From: a virus
Taxonomy: Duplodnaviria; Caudoviricetes
Direction: 5' to 3' (one strand)
Length of the DNA stretch: 31,056 bases
Virus record (IMG/VR): IMGVR_UViG_3300025119_000015
Span: 1-31,056 of that record
Under the pieces are notes generated by a model that saw only the letters and a program-made list of their open reading frames with translations, was not told where the DNA came from and did no database searches. Positions within the stretch are counted from its first letter, which is position 1, and each line of letters starts with the position of its first letter. Both the position numbers and the translations under genes were made by a program. Positions 17,717-25,564 of this stretch are shown piece by piece.

Positions 17717-18931
17717 ATCATACGGCGGGAGATTGGCTAAATCCAGATGGTCGAATTAAGCTTCTTATAGGCGATTGTACTGTAAGGATGTCAGAGATTC
17801 CATCTGATTCGATAGACTCTGTTATTACTGACCCGCCGTATGGTTGAACATGGTCTAGCGTTTATGGGTAAGTCCTGGGACGATATAAGCAAGGTAAAGC
17901 TCTGGCATCATAAATGGGCAGTTGAGGCGTTTAGGATTCTGAAGCCAGGAGCGCATATACTAAGTTGTGGTGGAACACGTACTTATCACCGTATGGCCTC
18001 CGCGCTTGAAGATATAGGTTTTGAGATAAGGGATTGTGTACTTTGGTTATACGGCAGCGGTTTCCCAAAATCACAGAATATCGCTAAAGCCATAGATAAA
18101 AAACTTGGTGTCAAGTCTGAAGTTATTGGTGTTCAGAGTCTACCTGACCACCGAGGCGATAATTACAAGCAAGGTCATAGGGACTATAATATTATAGAAC
18201 ATGAAACAACTAGAGCTACAAGTGATAAGGCTAAAGAATGGGAAGGGTGGGGCACGGCCCTTAAACCTGCAGTAGAGCCAATATGTCTCGCCCGTAAGCC
18301 TCTGAAAGAAAACACTGTAGCCGGAAATGTTATGATGTATGGTACAGGTGGTCTGAATATAGACGAAAGCAGAATAGGTGAAGAAGAGCGTACTTATAAA
18401 GGCAGTGGTGTCAGTCAACAAAGATATGATAATAGTCGTGCTGGTTTAACTGATGGACGTGGCAAAGATTTAGAGTTTAATGTCTCTGGCCGCTATCCTA
18501 GCAATGTTATTCTAGACGAAGAAGCTGCTCAGGCACTTGATGCACAAACAGGTTTCACGAAATCGCGTAAAGATATACTGACCAGTAAACCTGGACAGAT
18601 ATATGGTGGAGGTGATGGCCTTCCAAGCACTACAGGTTTGTATGGATTTAATGACTCTGGTGGCGCTTCGCGCTTCTTTTATACAGCTAAAGCCAGTGTC
18701 TCTGAGAGGCGAGGGAGCCAGCATCCTACAATTAAGCCGCTGGCTCTTATGAAATACTTAGTTCGTCTAATAACACCTCCAGGTGGTACTGTCCTTGACC
18801 CTTTTGCTGGTTCAGGTACAACGCTTGAAGCAGCTTATCAATTAGGCTTCTCTGCCATCGGGATAGAAATGGATGAGGCTAATCTTGAGACTATTAAGAA
18901 GAGACATGAGCAGATGACGTTAGGGATTTAG
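17713..18931 (+). CDS. N6-adenine/N4-cytosine DNA methyltransferase interrupted by a 10-nt gap after DPPYG
   Basis: SD GGAGGTG and ATG 17713 give MNHT...GDC...DSVITDPPYG-stop (17845-47). The +1 frame continues GLAFMGKSWD...YGSGFPKS...HPTIKP...DPFAGSGTT. Removing 10 nt gives one 402-aa enzyme. Confidence 0.88.
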
Positions 18932-19068
18932 AGTTTTCTAGAGCGGGGGAGGCCCGCTGTCCGTGGTGATAGGTAAACCTATCCCACATGGGGAAGCAGG
19001 CGGAAATAGTACTATGAAAGGCGAGTGCTGTGAGTGGATGTTTCGTCTGCTCCCCGCCCTAGAACACT
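18932..19068 (+). ncRNA. Candidate structured RNA (multi-hairpin)
   Basis: Outer stem AGTTTTCTAGAGC/GCCCTAGAACACT, hairpin GTGGTGATAGG-TAAA-CCTATCCCAC, and stem 18990-19005/19041-19055 with G-U pairs. Confidence 0.6.
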
Positions 19069-19106
19069 TTAAGTCAAAGGAAACGATAAGAAGTATAATA
19101 GAACTT

Positions 19107-19211
19107 AAGTCATTAGCTGAGGCAGTAAGGCACAAATCGGGTTTTCCAGTTGTTCAGGTGGTAGCTTTTAACAGAATAAAATAGCTGTCTTACTGTCTCT
19201 GCTAATGGCTT
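19107..19211 (+). ncRNA. Candidate structured RNA: 26-bp closing stem
   Basis: 19107-19132 pairs with 19186-19211 (3 G-U, 1 U-U); TATAAT at 19094-19099 lies just upstream. Confidence 0.6.
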
Positions 19212-19231
19212 GTAGTCAAAAGGGAGGGCTT

Positions 19232-19543
19232 ATGCTGCAGAATGATTATGAGGTTGTCTTTTCTGATAACGCTAACGGCGATCCAGGTGGCGGTACTGCT
19301 ACAGCTCTTGGTATTGATATAACTTTTCAGGATGGCCCTGTCCTAGAAGATGGCCAAAATGGTGCTTTTGTCGAGACTCTTATCGAGATTGTTATAAAAA
19401 GGTTAGAATATTATCAGGAAAGTCGATTTATATGTGGAGAGAACGCTAGAGCGATAGTCAGTTTAAAGGAAGCATTATACTGGTTAAATGTTAGAACTAA
19501 AGATAGAATAAAGCGCGGAGTTGAAGGAAAATACGAAGCCTAA
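19232..19543 (+). CDS. tad1: Tad1/Acb2-family nucleotide-signal sponge (anti-Thoeris/anti-CBASS)-like protein
   Basis: 'ITFQDGP...NG...LIEIVIKRL..YQ...F.C.ENA.AI..LKEAL.WL..RT.DR..RGVEG' matches the Tad1 pattern as I recall it; SD GGGAGG before ATG 19232. Confidence 0.75.
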   Translation: MLQNDYEVVFSDNANGDPGGGTATALGIDITFQDGPVLEDGQNGAFVETLIEIVIKRLEYYQESRFICGENARAIVSLKEALYWLNVRTKDRIKRGVEGKYEA

Positions 19544-19626
19544 TCAGCAGAGCGAGAGTGGGAGAGGGCACCTAGAGCCACGGACTCAGTGAAAGTCAGG
19601 GGCGGCGTTAGCCGCCAGATACAGCC

Positions 19627-19950
19627 ATGTACACATTAGATAGTTATACAGAGTTTACTCACTGGATAAAATACTGGGCATGGTGGACTTGCTCAGATTG
19701 CTGGTGGCGAGCAGAGAGAAAGGATGAGAAATATGAGATAGTTCTTCACTATAAAGATCTAAATCGATCTAATTATACAGCTAATAACCTGGTTGTTATC
19801 TGCCGTGATTGCCGTGACATAAGATATCACAAAGAGCTATCTGTTAAGCGGCTGAAGATAGTAAAAGAGCGATATAAAAAGGTTCTTAGAAAGGTACAAC
19901 TACAACGAGATGAATCAGGTTGGCCTGTAAAAGTAGGGAGTACATTATGA
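19627..19950 (+). CDS. Degenerate HNH-fold protein
   Basis: CxxC...'HYKDLNRSN...NNLVVICRDCR'; the usual HH and final His positions are substituted. Confidence 0.65.
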   Translation: MYTLDSYTEFTHWIKYWAWWTCSDCWWRAERKDEKYEIVLHYKDLNRSNYTANNLVVICRDCRDIRYHKELSVKRLKIVKERYKKVLRKVQLQRDESGWPVKVGSTL

Positions 19951-20432
19951 TGAGAGTCTCTGTATTCTTGGCTCTGTTATTTGTAGCGGTGGCGTGTTCT
20001 GTTAGCAGTCCAGTGAAGACACCTGTGTCAGAAGAAGATGATGTAGGAATATCAGAATCAGCTTATTTAGCTGAGATGATATCTGCATCTGATGATGCTA
20101 TGCTTATTCTTGTAAGCGTTGGTGATTTGGTAACAGATGATTCTCGTGCATGGGATGATTCTTTCTTTGAAGATTTAGCCTATAACCAGAGTGAGCTTAG
20201 CAAAATGCAGGTAAAGGTATCTTTATTAGAACCACCTTCTGTATACTCTGATTCTCATTCTTATTTTACACAAGCATTAGCCAAACTTGCCGCGTCTCTA
20301 GATCTAATAGAGCTGTTCACACATGGTTTGGGAGTACATGATCCTGGTAATATAGAAGATCTTAATTTGGCAGTCGCATATGCGAAGGGAGCCTCTGCAA
20401 TGTTAATTAAGTCAATAGAGGCAATGCCGTGA
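19947..20432 (+). CDS. Putative lipoprotein
   Basis: MMRVSVFLALLFVAVA-C lipobox-type signal, helical acidic mature domain; SD GGGAG; ATGA coupling. Confidence 0.65.
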   Translation: MMRVSVFLALLFVAVACSVSSPVKTPVSEEDDVGISESAYLAEMISASDDAMLILVSVGDLVTDDSRAWDDSFFEDLAYNQSELSKMQVKVSLLEPPSVYSDSHSYFTQALAKLAASLDLIELFTHGLGVHDPGNIEDLNLAVAYAKGASAMLIKSIEAMP

Positions 20433-20752
20433 AAGTATATATTGCTGGCCCTTATACAGAAGGTGATGTAGCTGAAAATATAAGGCAAGCTATAATAACA
20501 GGAGAGGCTATTGCTGAAGCAGGACATACACCATTTATTCCTCATCTGTATCATTTCTGGCATCTGCTTATTCCTCATGGACGCGAGTTCTGGATGCGAC
20601 AGGACAAGGAATGGCTTGAAGTATGTGGTGCTATGATTAGGATCAATGGTAACTCTGTAGGAGCGGATGCCGAAGAAGTACAGGCTGAGGGACTTGGAGT
20701 ACCTATCTATTATTCTGTACAGGAGTTTCTGCTCAGTATAGAAAGTCTCTGA
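20429..20752 (+). CDS. DUF4406 / nucleoside 2-deoxyribosyltransferase-like protein
   Basis: 'KVYIAGPYT...N...A......GHTPFIPH...W...D..WL..C.......S.GA..E...A..LG.PI'. Confidence 0.8.
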   Translation: MKVYIAGPYTEGDVAENIRQAIITGEAIAEAGHTPFIPHLYHFWHLLIPHGREFWMRQDKEWLEVCGAMIRINGNSVGADAEEVQAEGLGVPIYYSVQEFLLSIESL

Positions 20753-20757
20753 ATCGC

Positions 20758-20786
20758 TTGACACATCCTTGAGTATATGATATACT
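20758..20786 (+). promoter_or_regulatory. sigma70-type promoter
   Basis: TTGACA-17 nt-TATACT with extended -10 TG. Confidence 0.85.
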
Positions 20787-20794
20787 AAAATAGT

Positions 20795-21013
20795 ATGTAC
20801 ACGATGCCTGCAACAATCTGCAAACATCCTAAACTTTTAGTTAAAATGAAGGTTTCTACTATGACTCCTGAAAAGGTTGCCCTGGTTACTTGCAAAGTTT
20901 GCGGTTTTAGTGTTCAGATAAGAGGAGATAGCTTAACTGAGCCAGAACTTAAAATGGCATTTAACGAAGAAGCGCAAAACCTTCGTCTTGGCCGCAAGAA
21001 CTTCACGATTTAA
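20795..21013 (+). CDS. Small zinc-binding hypothetical protein
   Basis: CKH...CKVC; directly downstream of the promoter. Confidence 0.65.
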   Translation: MYTMPATICKHPKLLVKMKVSTMTPEKVALVTCKVCGFSVQIRGDSLTEPELKMAFNEEAQNLRLGRKNFTI

Positions 21014-21054
21014 TGCAGATGTTTCTGGTCTATGCCTTTATTGTTAGTATACTT

Positions 21055-21309
21055 TTTCACAAATGAGTCCCTTTGACTGTTGTACGTCCTTTCACAAATA
21101 CGTTCCTATGTATGAGACTGAAAGACCAGATTCTCATAATGTGTCAAGTCCATTTGAAAGTCCATTGCTTTAGCTTAAAAGCAAGACACCTTGATTTTAA
21201 TATGCCTTGCTTTCAATCTAAAGCAACGGGGTCTCGTGACATTTATATCTAGATGAAATCCTTATTACTACTTAAAGTATTAGTAGTTAAGTAGTAAGTA
21301 ATTTCACGA
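21055..21309. other. AT-rich intergenic region with several inverted and short direct repeats (candidate origin or minus-strand RNA)
   Basis: IRs 21165-21188/21203-21226, 21265-21275/21287-21297 and 21111-21117/21132-21138; direct repeats TTTCACAAAT x2 and AAGTCCATT x2. Confidence 0.55.
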
Positions 21310-21321
21310 AAGGGCAGAAGA

Positions 21322-21795
21322 ATGGCTGAGGTTAAAAGCACAGGTAGAGGAGTAAGTACCAGATATGCTCAAGGATGTCTTCAGGGTGCTATGGAACAAG
21401 AAGAGAGAGATGAAAGAAAGTATCGTATCAGTGGTGTATCATACAGAGAAATATCAGAGTTAATAGAGACTACAGGTCGTCTTACACTCAGGCATAACAG
21501 TTATCCTATGGTAATGATAAGTCTGTCTCTCTTTGATGAAGAGGTCTTTTATATCCGACCAATAGCACAGAAGCTGAGATGGACAAGGTTTAAGCAGTGG
21601 TCTCACGGTACTAGAATCCTACTTGTTTGGGAAGGTGCTCAAGCCCAAGTGTTAGTCAGAAAAGTAATGATTTATCTCTCACAAGACCTGAAGCCTATGG
21701 CTATCAAGATGTTAAAATGGATTCCGAAAGGAGGTAGAAAGAAAGACAGACCTATTGTTGAAGAAGATCAGCAGTTTACAGAAGTAGTTTGGTAA
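21322..21795 (+). CDS. Hypothetical protein, possibly a degenerate LAGLIDADG fold
   Basis: 'EISELIETTGRLTL' followed by 'W.G.QA..L...MIYL...K..A..L' resembles the single-motif LAGLIDADG layout. Confidence 0.45.
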   Translation: MAEVKSTGRGVSTRYAQGCLQGAMEQEERDERKYRISGVSYREISELIETTGRLTLRHNSYPMVMISLSLFDEEVFYIRPIAQKLRWTRFKQWSHGTRILLVWEGAQAQVLVRKVMIYLSQDLKPMAIKMLKWIPKGGRKKDRPIVEEDQQFTEVVW

Positions 21796-21806
21796 AGGAG
21801 ATGTCC

Positions 21807-22571
21807 ATGACACAAGAACAAGATTCTTGGCAGACGGAAGACCTTGTTCCGTTCAACAGTGGCGATGTTACTGTTGCAGATGCATATTGGGAAGATGGCA
21901 GATATGGTACTCAGATTGCCTTAGTCTATAAAGTAGATGTTCCTAATGATCCTGTTGATTATCCTGCTGAAACCACAATCGCTTGGTACAGTTGCGGTAA
22001 AGGGTGGACTCCAATAGATGCAGGAGCAAGAGTAGTTAAACCAGAAGCTGATCCTAGTAGGCCAGCTAAGATTCATTCATCTAGTAACTATGGTCGTTTG
22101 ATGAATAGAGTCGTTAAAGATCTTGGCTTTAATATGGGGGGCCGCGGCCTGCCAACTGAAGCTAAGGTTTGGGTTGGTCTAAGATTTCATCTGAATCGGG
22201 AGATCGTCAAATATGAAGGTCTTCCTGCCCGTGAGGGTGAAACAGGCCTGCAGAATCGTGAAGGCTCTATTCTGCTTCCACTAACTATACTTCCTCAAGT
22301 ATTTACTTCTTCACCGATTACTGCTCAGCCTGCAGTAGCGCCAGCGTCAACAGCTACTACTATGCCAATAGGCGGTTCTCCTGAAGAGTATCTCTTGTCT
22401 GTTATAGTAGGTAAGTCAAGTATACAAGAAGCTAAGGTTGCTGCTGTCCGTGATCAGAGAATCTCAGCCGATCAGGCTCTTCAGGCACGAATACTAGAGA
22501 ATCAACTTATAGAGCAGTGGATGGCAGGTGGTGTTATCGGTATAGTTGATGGTCGGATAACTAAACTATAA
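21807..22571 (+). CDS. Hypothetical protein (possible ssDNA-binding/recombination role by context)
   Basis: SD AAGGAG; beta-rich N-domain, Pro/Ala/Thr linker, small helical C-domain; upstream of the exonuclease and Sak4-like ATPase. Confidence 0.6.
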   Translation: MTQEQDSWQTEDLVPFNSGDVTVADAYWEDGRYGTQIALVYKVDVPNDPVDYPAETTIAWYSCGKGWTPIDAGARVVKPEADPSRPAKIHSSSNYGRLMNRVVKDLGFNMGGRGLPTEAKVWVGLRFHLNREIVKYEGLPAREGETGLQNREGSILLPLTILPQVFTSSPITAQPAVAPASTATTMPIGGSPEEYLLSVIVGKSSIQEAKVAAVRDQRISADQALQARILENQLIEQWMAGGVIGIVDGRITKL

Positions 22572-22770
22572 TCTCAGAGCAGCGACGTACTAGCGTCGGG
22601 TTGGAAGGAATCTGTCTTGTCAGTCATCATAACGCGGTCTACGTTATGTGATTATGGTGCTGAGTATCTACTAGTCAGATATACAGATATAGAGGAATAC
22701 CACACAGAATTGATAGATAAGAAGTGGTTGCAAGAGGAGCTCAGGTGGGGAATCTGAGCCTGCTTTGAGA
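22572..22770 (+). ncRNA. Candidate structured RNA (~200 nt, multibranch)
   Basis: Closing stem TCTCAGAGCAG/CTGCTTTGAGA; hairpins CGACG-TACTAG-CGTCG, CATAACG/CGTTATG and GCTCAGGT/ATCTGAGC. Confidence 0.55.
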
Positions 22771-22801
22771 ATAGCAGAAGAGTTGAAAAAGGGGAGGACA
22801 A

Positions 22802-23062
22802 ATGGCAAATAAAGTCTATTGTTCTGGTCGATGGTGGTATAACTATAGTCTTGCTTCCTGGTGCTATCGGCAAGCAGGATACTATGATCCTAGTATAGCT
22901 TGTGATGCAGCAATACAGGTCAGTGATGATGCTGTGCGTCAATTAATTACAGCACTTGATGAAGCTGGATGGATAGTTCCTAGACTGGATGAACGGCTGC
23001 GGACAGAAGATCTAAAGATTACCCATAGGCTGTTGGACGTGATTGAGAAGAGTATAAAGTGA
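22802..23062 (+). CDS. Hypothetical protein
   Basis: SD GGGGAGG; GTGA coupling to the next gene. Confidence 0.7.
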   Translation: MANKVYCSGRWWYNYSLASWCYRQAGYYDPSIACDAAIQVSDDAVRQLITALDEAGWIVPRLDERLRTEDLKITHRLLDVIEKSIK

Positions 23063-24015
23063 TGCTAGACAGTACAGAGAGAACAGTCTCACATAAGCCG
23101 CCTGAGTTTACAGGATTCTGGAGTTCGTCTCAGCTTGGATGTTGGCGACAGATGTATCTTATCGCTAAAGGTATAGAGGGTGATTGGTACGATTCTCCAG
23201 TTCTGAAAGAGGGCCGATTACATGAAGATGACTTAATAGCTCAGATGGCTGTAAAAGGTGTGGTAGTTACAGACCGCTTTGAAGAGCTTAAACATCCCAT
23301 ATTGCCATTAAAAGGTCATCCTGATGGTAGATTCACTGTGACTCAGGATATGAATTTAGGTATTCCAGAAGGCAGATATATCTTAGAGGCGAAGAGCATG
23401 GATAGAAGCTTCTACTATAAAGCTGTCAAAGACTTTAAGACTAACTTTCCACATCTGTATCAGCAGCTACAATCGTATTCTCTGATGTCAGAAGGACATG
23501 AAAGCGTCTTTGTTCCTATTAAGAATAGAGCAACAGGTGAGATATATGAGTACGTCTTTGAACCTGATCCTGATACTTGGGATGAGATAGAAAAAGGTAT
23601 GGCGAATCTGCAGGTTGCTATTCATACACCTGGATTTGATTATAAGACATTAGTATGTGCTACTCCAGATTCTATAAAAGCTAAATATTGTCCTTATCGT
23701 GACAGAGAGCTATGTGAATCACAGACTAATATTCCAGAAGTCACAGAACAAGAATTAGTTTTTGCAATTCAACAATATGAAGAAGGTAAAACGGTTGAGA
23801 GTCATGGCAGTAAGCTTAAAGCGGATGCTAGAAAGATAGCTGTTGCGTATATGATGAAGCATAATCTTGTAACGATGACTGTCGCGGGTAAATTAGTGTC
23901 TATTATACCATCGAGTCGCAGAGTTTGCGATTTTGATAAACTCAGAGACTTAGACTCTAAAATCTACGATCAAGTTGTAGATGATAGTGAAAGCGACCGC
24001 TTCACAATAAAATAG
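23059..24015 (+). CDS. PD-(D/E)XK exonuclease (Cas4/YqaJ-like)
   Basis: 'LGCWRQ', 'EGRLHE', 'GHPDG', 'ILEAKS', 'QLQSY', C-terminal Cys cluster. Confidence 0.85.
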   Translation: MMLDSTERTVSHKPPEFTGFWSSSQLGCWRQMYLIAKGIEGDWYDSPVLKEGRLHEDDLIAQMAVKGVVVTDRFEELKHPILPLKGHPDGRFTVTQDMNLGIPEGRYILEAKSMDRSFYYKAVKDFKTNFPHLYQQLQSYSLMSEGHESVFVPIKNRATGEIYEYVFEPDPDTWDEIEKGMANLQVAIHTPGFDYKTLVCATPDSIKAKYCPYRDRELCESQTNIPEVTEQELVFAIQQYEEGKTVESHGSKLKADARKIAVAYMMKHNLVTMTVAGKLVSIIPSSRRVCDFDKLRDLDSKIYDQVVDDSESDRFTIK

Positions 24016-24028
24016 GTCTCTGAAAGAC

Positions 24029-24057
24029 TTGACAAGTGTACCGGAGTGTGGGATACT
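24029..24057 (+). promoter_or_regulatory. sigma70-type promoter
   Basis: TTGACA-17 nt-GATACT with TG extension, upstream of SD AAGGAGG. Confidence 0.65.
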
Positions 24058-24079
24058 AGAGTCAAGTAAGGAGGATAAA

Positions 24080-24892
24080 ATGAGAGAAAGAATTCTTATA
24101 GGTGCAGAATCTGGAGCAGGGAAAACTTACTCTTGGCTCTCGGTTGCTAGGTATAATCCCGATTCTCAATTCTATGTCGCAGAGCCTGATGACGGTGTTG
24201 CTAAAATTCTGGAACTAGAATATCCAGATGTTAAGGCTAAAGGTAACGTTCATGGTTCTACAAGGGATGCTGAGGGTTTATGGATTCAACCGAATTTTAT
24301 TAGTATATGGAAAGACTTTTCTGGTTTCTGTAATGATATTCGCAAACTAAAGGCTGAGAGTTTAATCAATGAAGATGATTGGGTTGTAGTAGAAGGGTTA
24401 GATATCATAACTCAGCTCATTAGGTCTGAGTACATTGCAGATACTAATAAGATAGACCGCAAGACAAAAGAATTATTAGAAGATCCTTGGGAAGCTATTA
24501 AGGTAAAACGAGCCAGGGATGCTCCTGTGTTAGAACCGTCTGATCATGATGCTATCAACATGGAATATGAAAGACAGATGACCTTTCTAGCTTATGCTAC
24601 AGGCTGTAACTTTCTTGGAACTTCAGGTATTAGTCTTATTCACTTTGATTCGAAGTTTGCAGATAAAGGCCAAAAAGAGATGTACGCATCTCTTGGGACG
24701 CCTTATAAAGTAGAAGGTCATAAACGTAATCCTCGTATGTTTGACACTTTAGTTTATCTGTACTCTGGTATTCAGTACGAAATGGAAGTACTAAAAGATA
24801 GAGGTATAGGTAAACAATCACGAGTAAAGAATACTGAGTTCTATCTTTCTCTAGAAGCATCTCGTTCAAAATTGAATAATAGCAGATCATAG
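24080..24892 (+). CDS. AAA_24/Sak4-like P-loop ATPase
   Basis: 'ILIGAESGAGKT' Walker A near the N-terminus, 'WVVVEG' Walker B, 'FDTLVYL', 'KDR'; adjacent to the exonuclease. ATG 24080 has a strong SD. Confidence 0.75.
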   Translation: MRERILIGAESGAGKTYSWLSVARYNPDSQFYVAEPDDGVAKILELEYPDVKAKGNVHGSTRDAEGLWIQPNFISIWKDFSGFCNDIRKLKAESLINEDDWVVVEGLDIITQLIRSEYIADTNKIDRKTKELLEDPWEAIKVKRARDAPVLEPSDHDAINMEYERQMTFLAYATGCNFLGTSGISLIHFDSKFADKGQKEMYASLGTPYKVEGHKRNPRMFDTLVYLYSGIQYEMEVLKDRGIGKQSRVKNTEFYLSLEASRSKLNNSRS

Positions 24893-24912
24893 TTTGTATT
24901 TGTCGGATTGAA

Positions 24913-25263
24913 ATGAAAAGTGGGAATATAGCAAGTAAACCCTGCTTGGTCTGTGGCCGAGACCTTTATCGGCTTTGGAAATCGAAGCGCGTCGGGTCTA
25001 TATGTCGTCGGTGCTATGAGAAACAGAAACAGTCTGGATCTATAATGTTTGAGTGTCGCTCCCGTTGCATGATTTGTGGAAGGCAGACACCTCACGAAGT
25101 TTGTCATCGGCACTCTCTTGCAATTAATGGTGATAGGTACTGGCCAAGTAGCGCTAACTTTAGTCGTAACCATCAGCGGATGTATTTTCGCAACTTTGAT
25201 CGTGAGCCAGAGGAATGCAGTGACCTGATATGTTTACAGAGACTAGAAGAAGAGAAAGAATGA
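24913..25263 (+). CDS. Cys-rich zinc-finger hypothetical protein
   Basis: CLVC, CRRC, CMIC, CHRH motifs; coupled to the next gene. Confidence 0.6.
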   Translation: MKSGNIASKPCLVCGRDLYRLWKSKRVGSICRRCYEKQKQSGSIMFECRSRCMICGRQTPHEVCHRHSLAINGDRYWPSSANFSRNHQRMYFRNFDREPEECSDLICLQRLEEEKE

Positions 25264-25564
25264 TGCTGTCAACGAACGACCTACGCAAAGCCTGTGAGAT
25301 TCCTAACGATGCCTCTCTAGGCCAATTAGCCCGTCAGCAACTACCGTTACTGGCTGACCACATTGAGACCCTGTACCGCGCCATCGCTGCTTCGCGCGCG
25401 TTGGTAGCGGAGAAGGACAAGGCGCTGGATTGTCTATACACCGAGGCCTTTCTTCCTTTCATGAGAAGTCTCTCGCTGAGAGGGCAGCTATTACACAGGC
25501 GAAGAAGGTCCTTGCCCTCACCGAAGAGGCGATGCTAGAGCGCCTGGAGCGCAAGGAGGCATGA
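25260..25564 (+). CDS. Hypothetical protein, apparently frameshifted
   Basis: Frame 0 stops at 25538. The -1 frame encodes 'VLALTEEAMLERLERKEA', which matches the paralog at 26089 and ends in an ATGA overlap with the next gene. Confidence 0.6.

Noticed and set aside
17845-17847. TGA stop-codon reassignment or readthrough
   Set aside because: The downstream MTase half is in a different frame, and TGA ends many other genes here normally.
18932-19068. tRNA, tmRNA or SRP RNA identity for the structured elements
   Set aside because: I could not find T-loop/CCA cloverleaf features or the SRP helix-8 motif by eye; an Rfam search is needed.
18963-19184. 73-aa plus-strand ORF
   Set aside because: No clear SD or recognisable motif, and it overlies two strongly paired RNA-like elements; probably spurious.
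23059-24015. Cas4 as part of a CRISPR-Cas system
   Set aside because: Stand-alone Cas4-like nucleases next to Sak4-like ATPases are common phage recombination genes; no cas1/cas2 or array is present.
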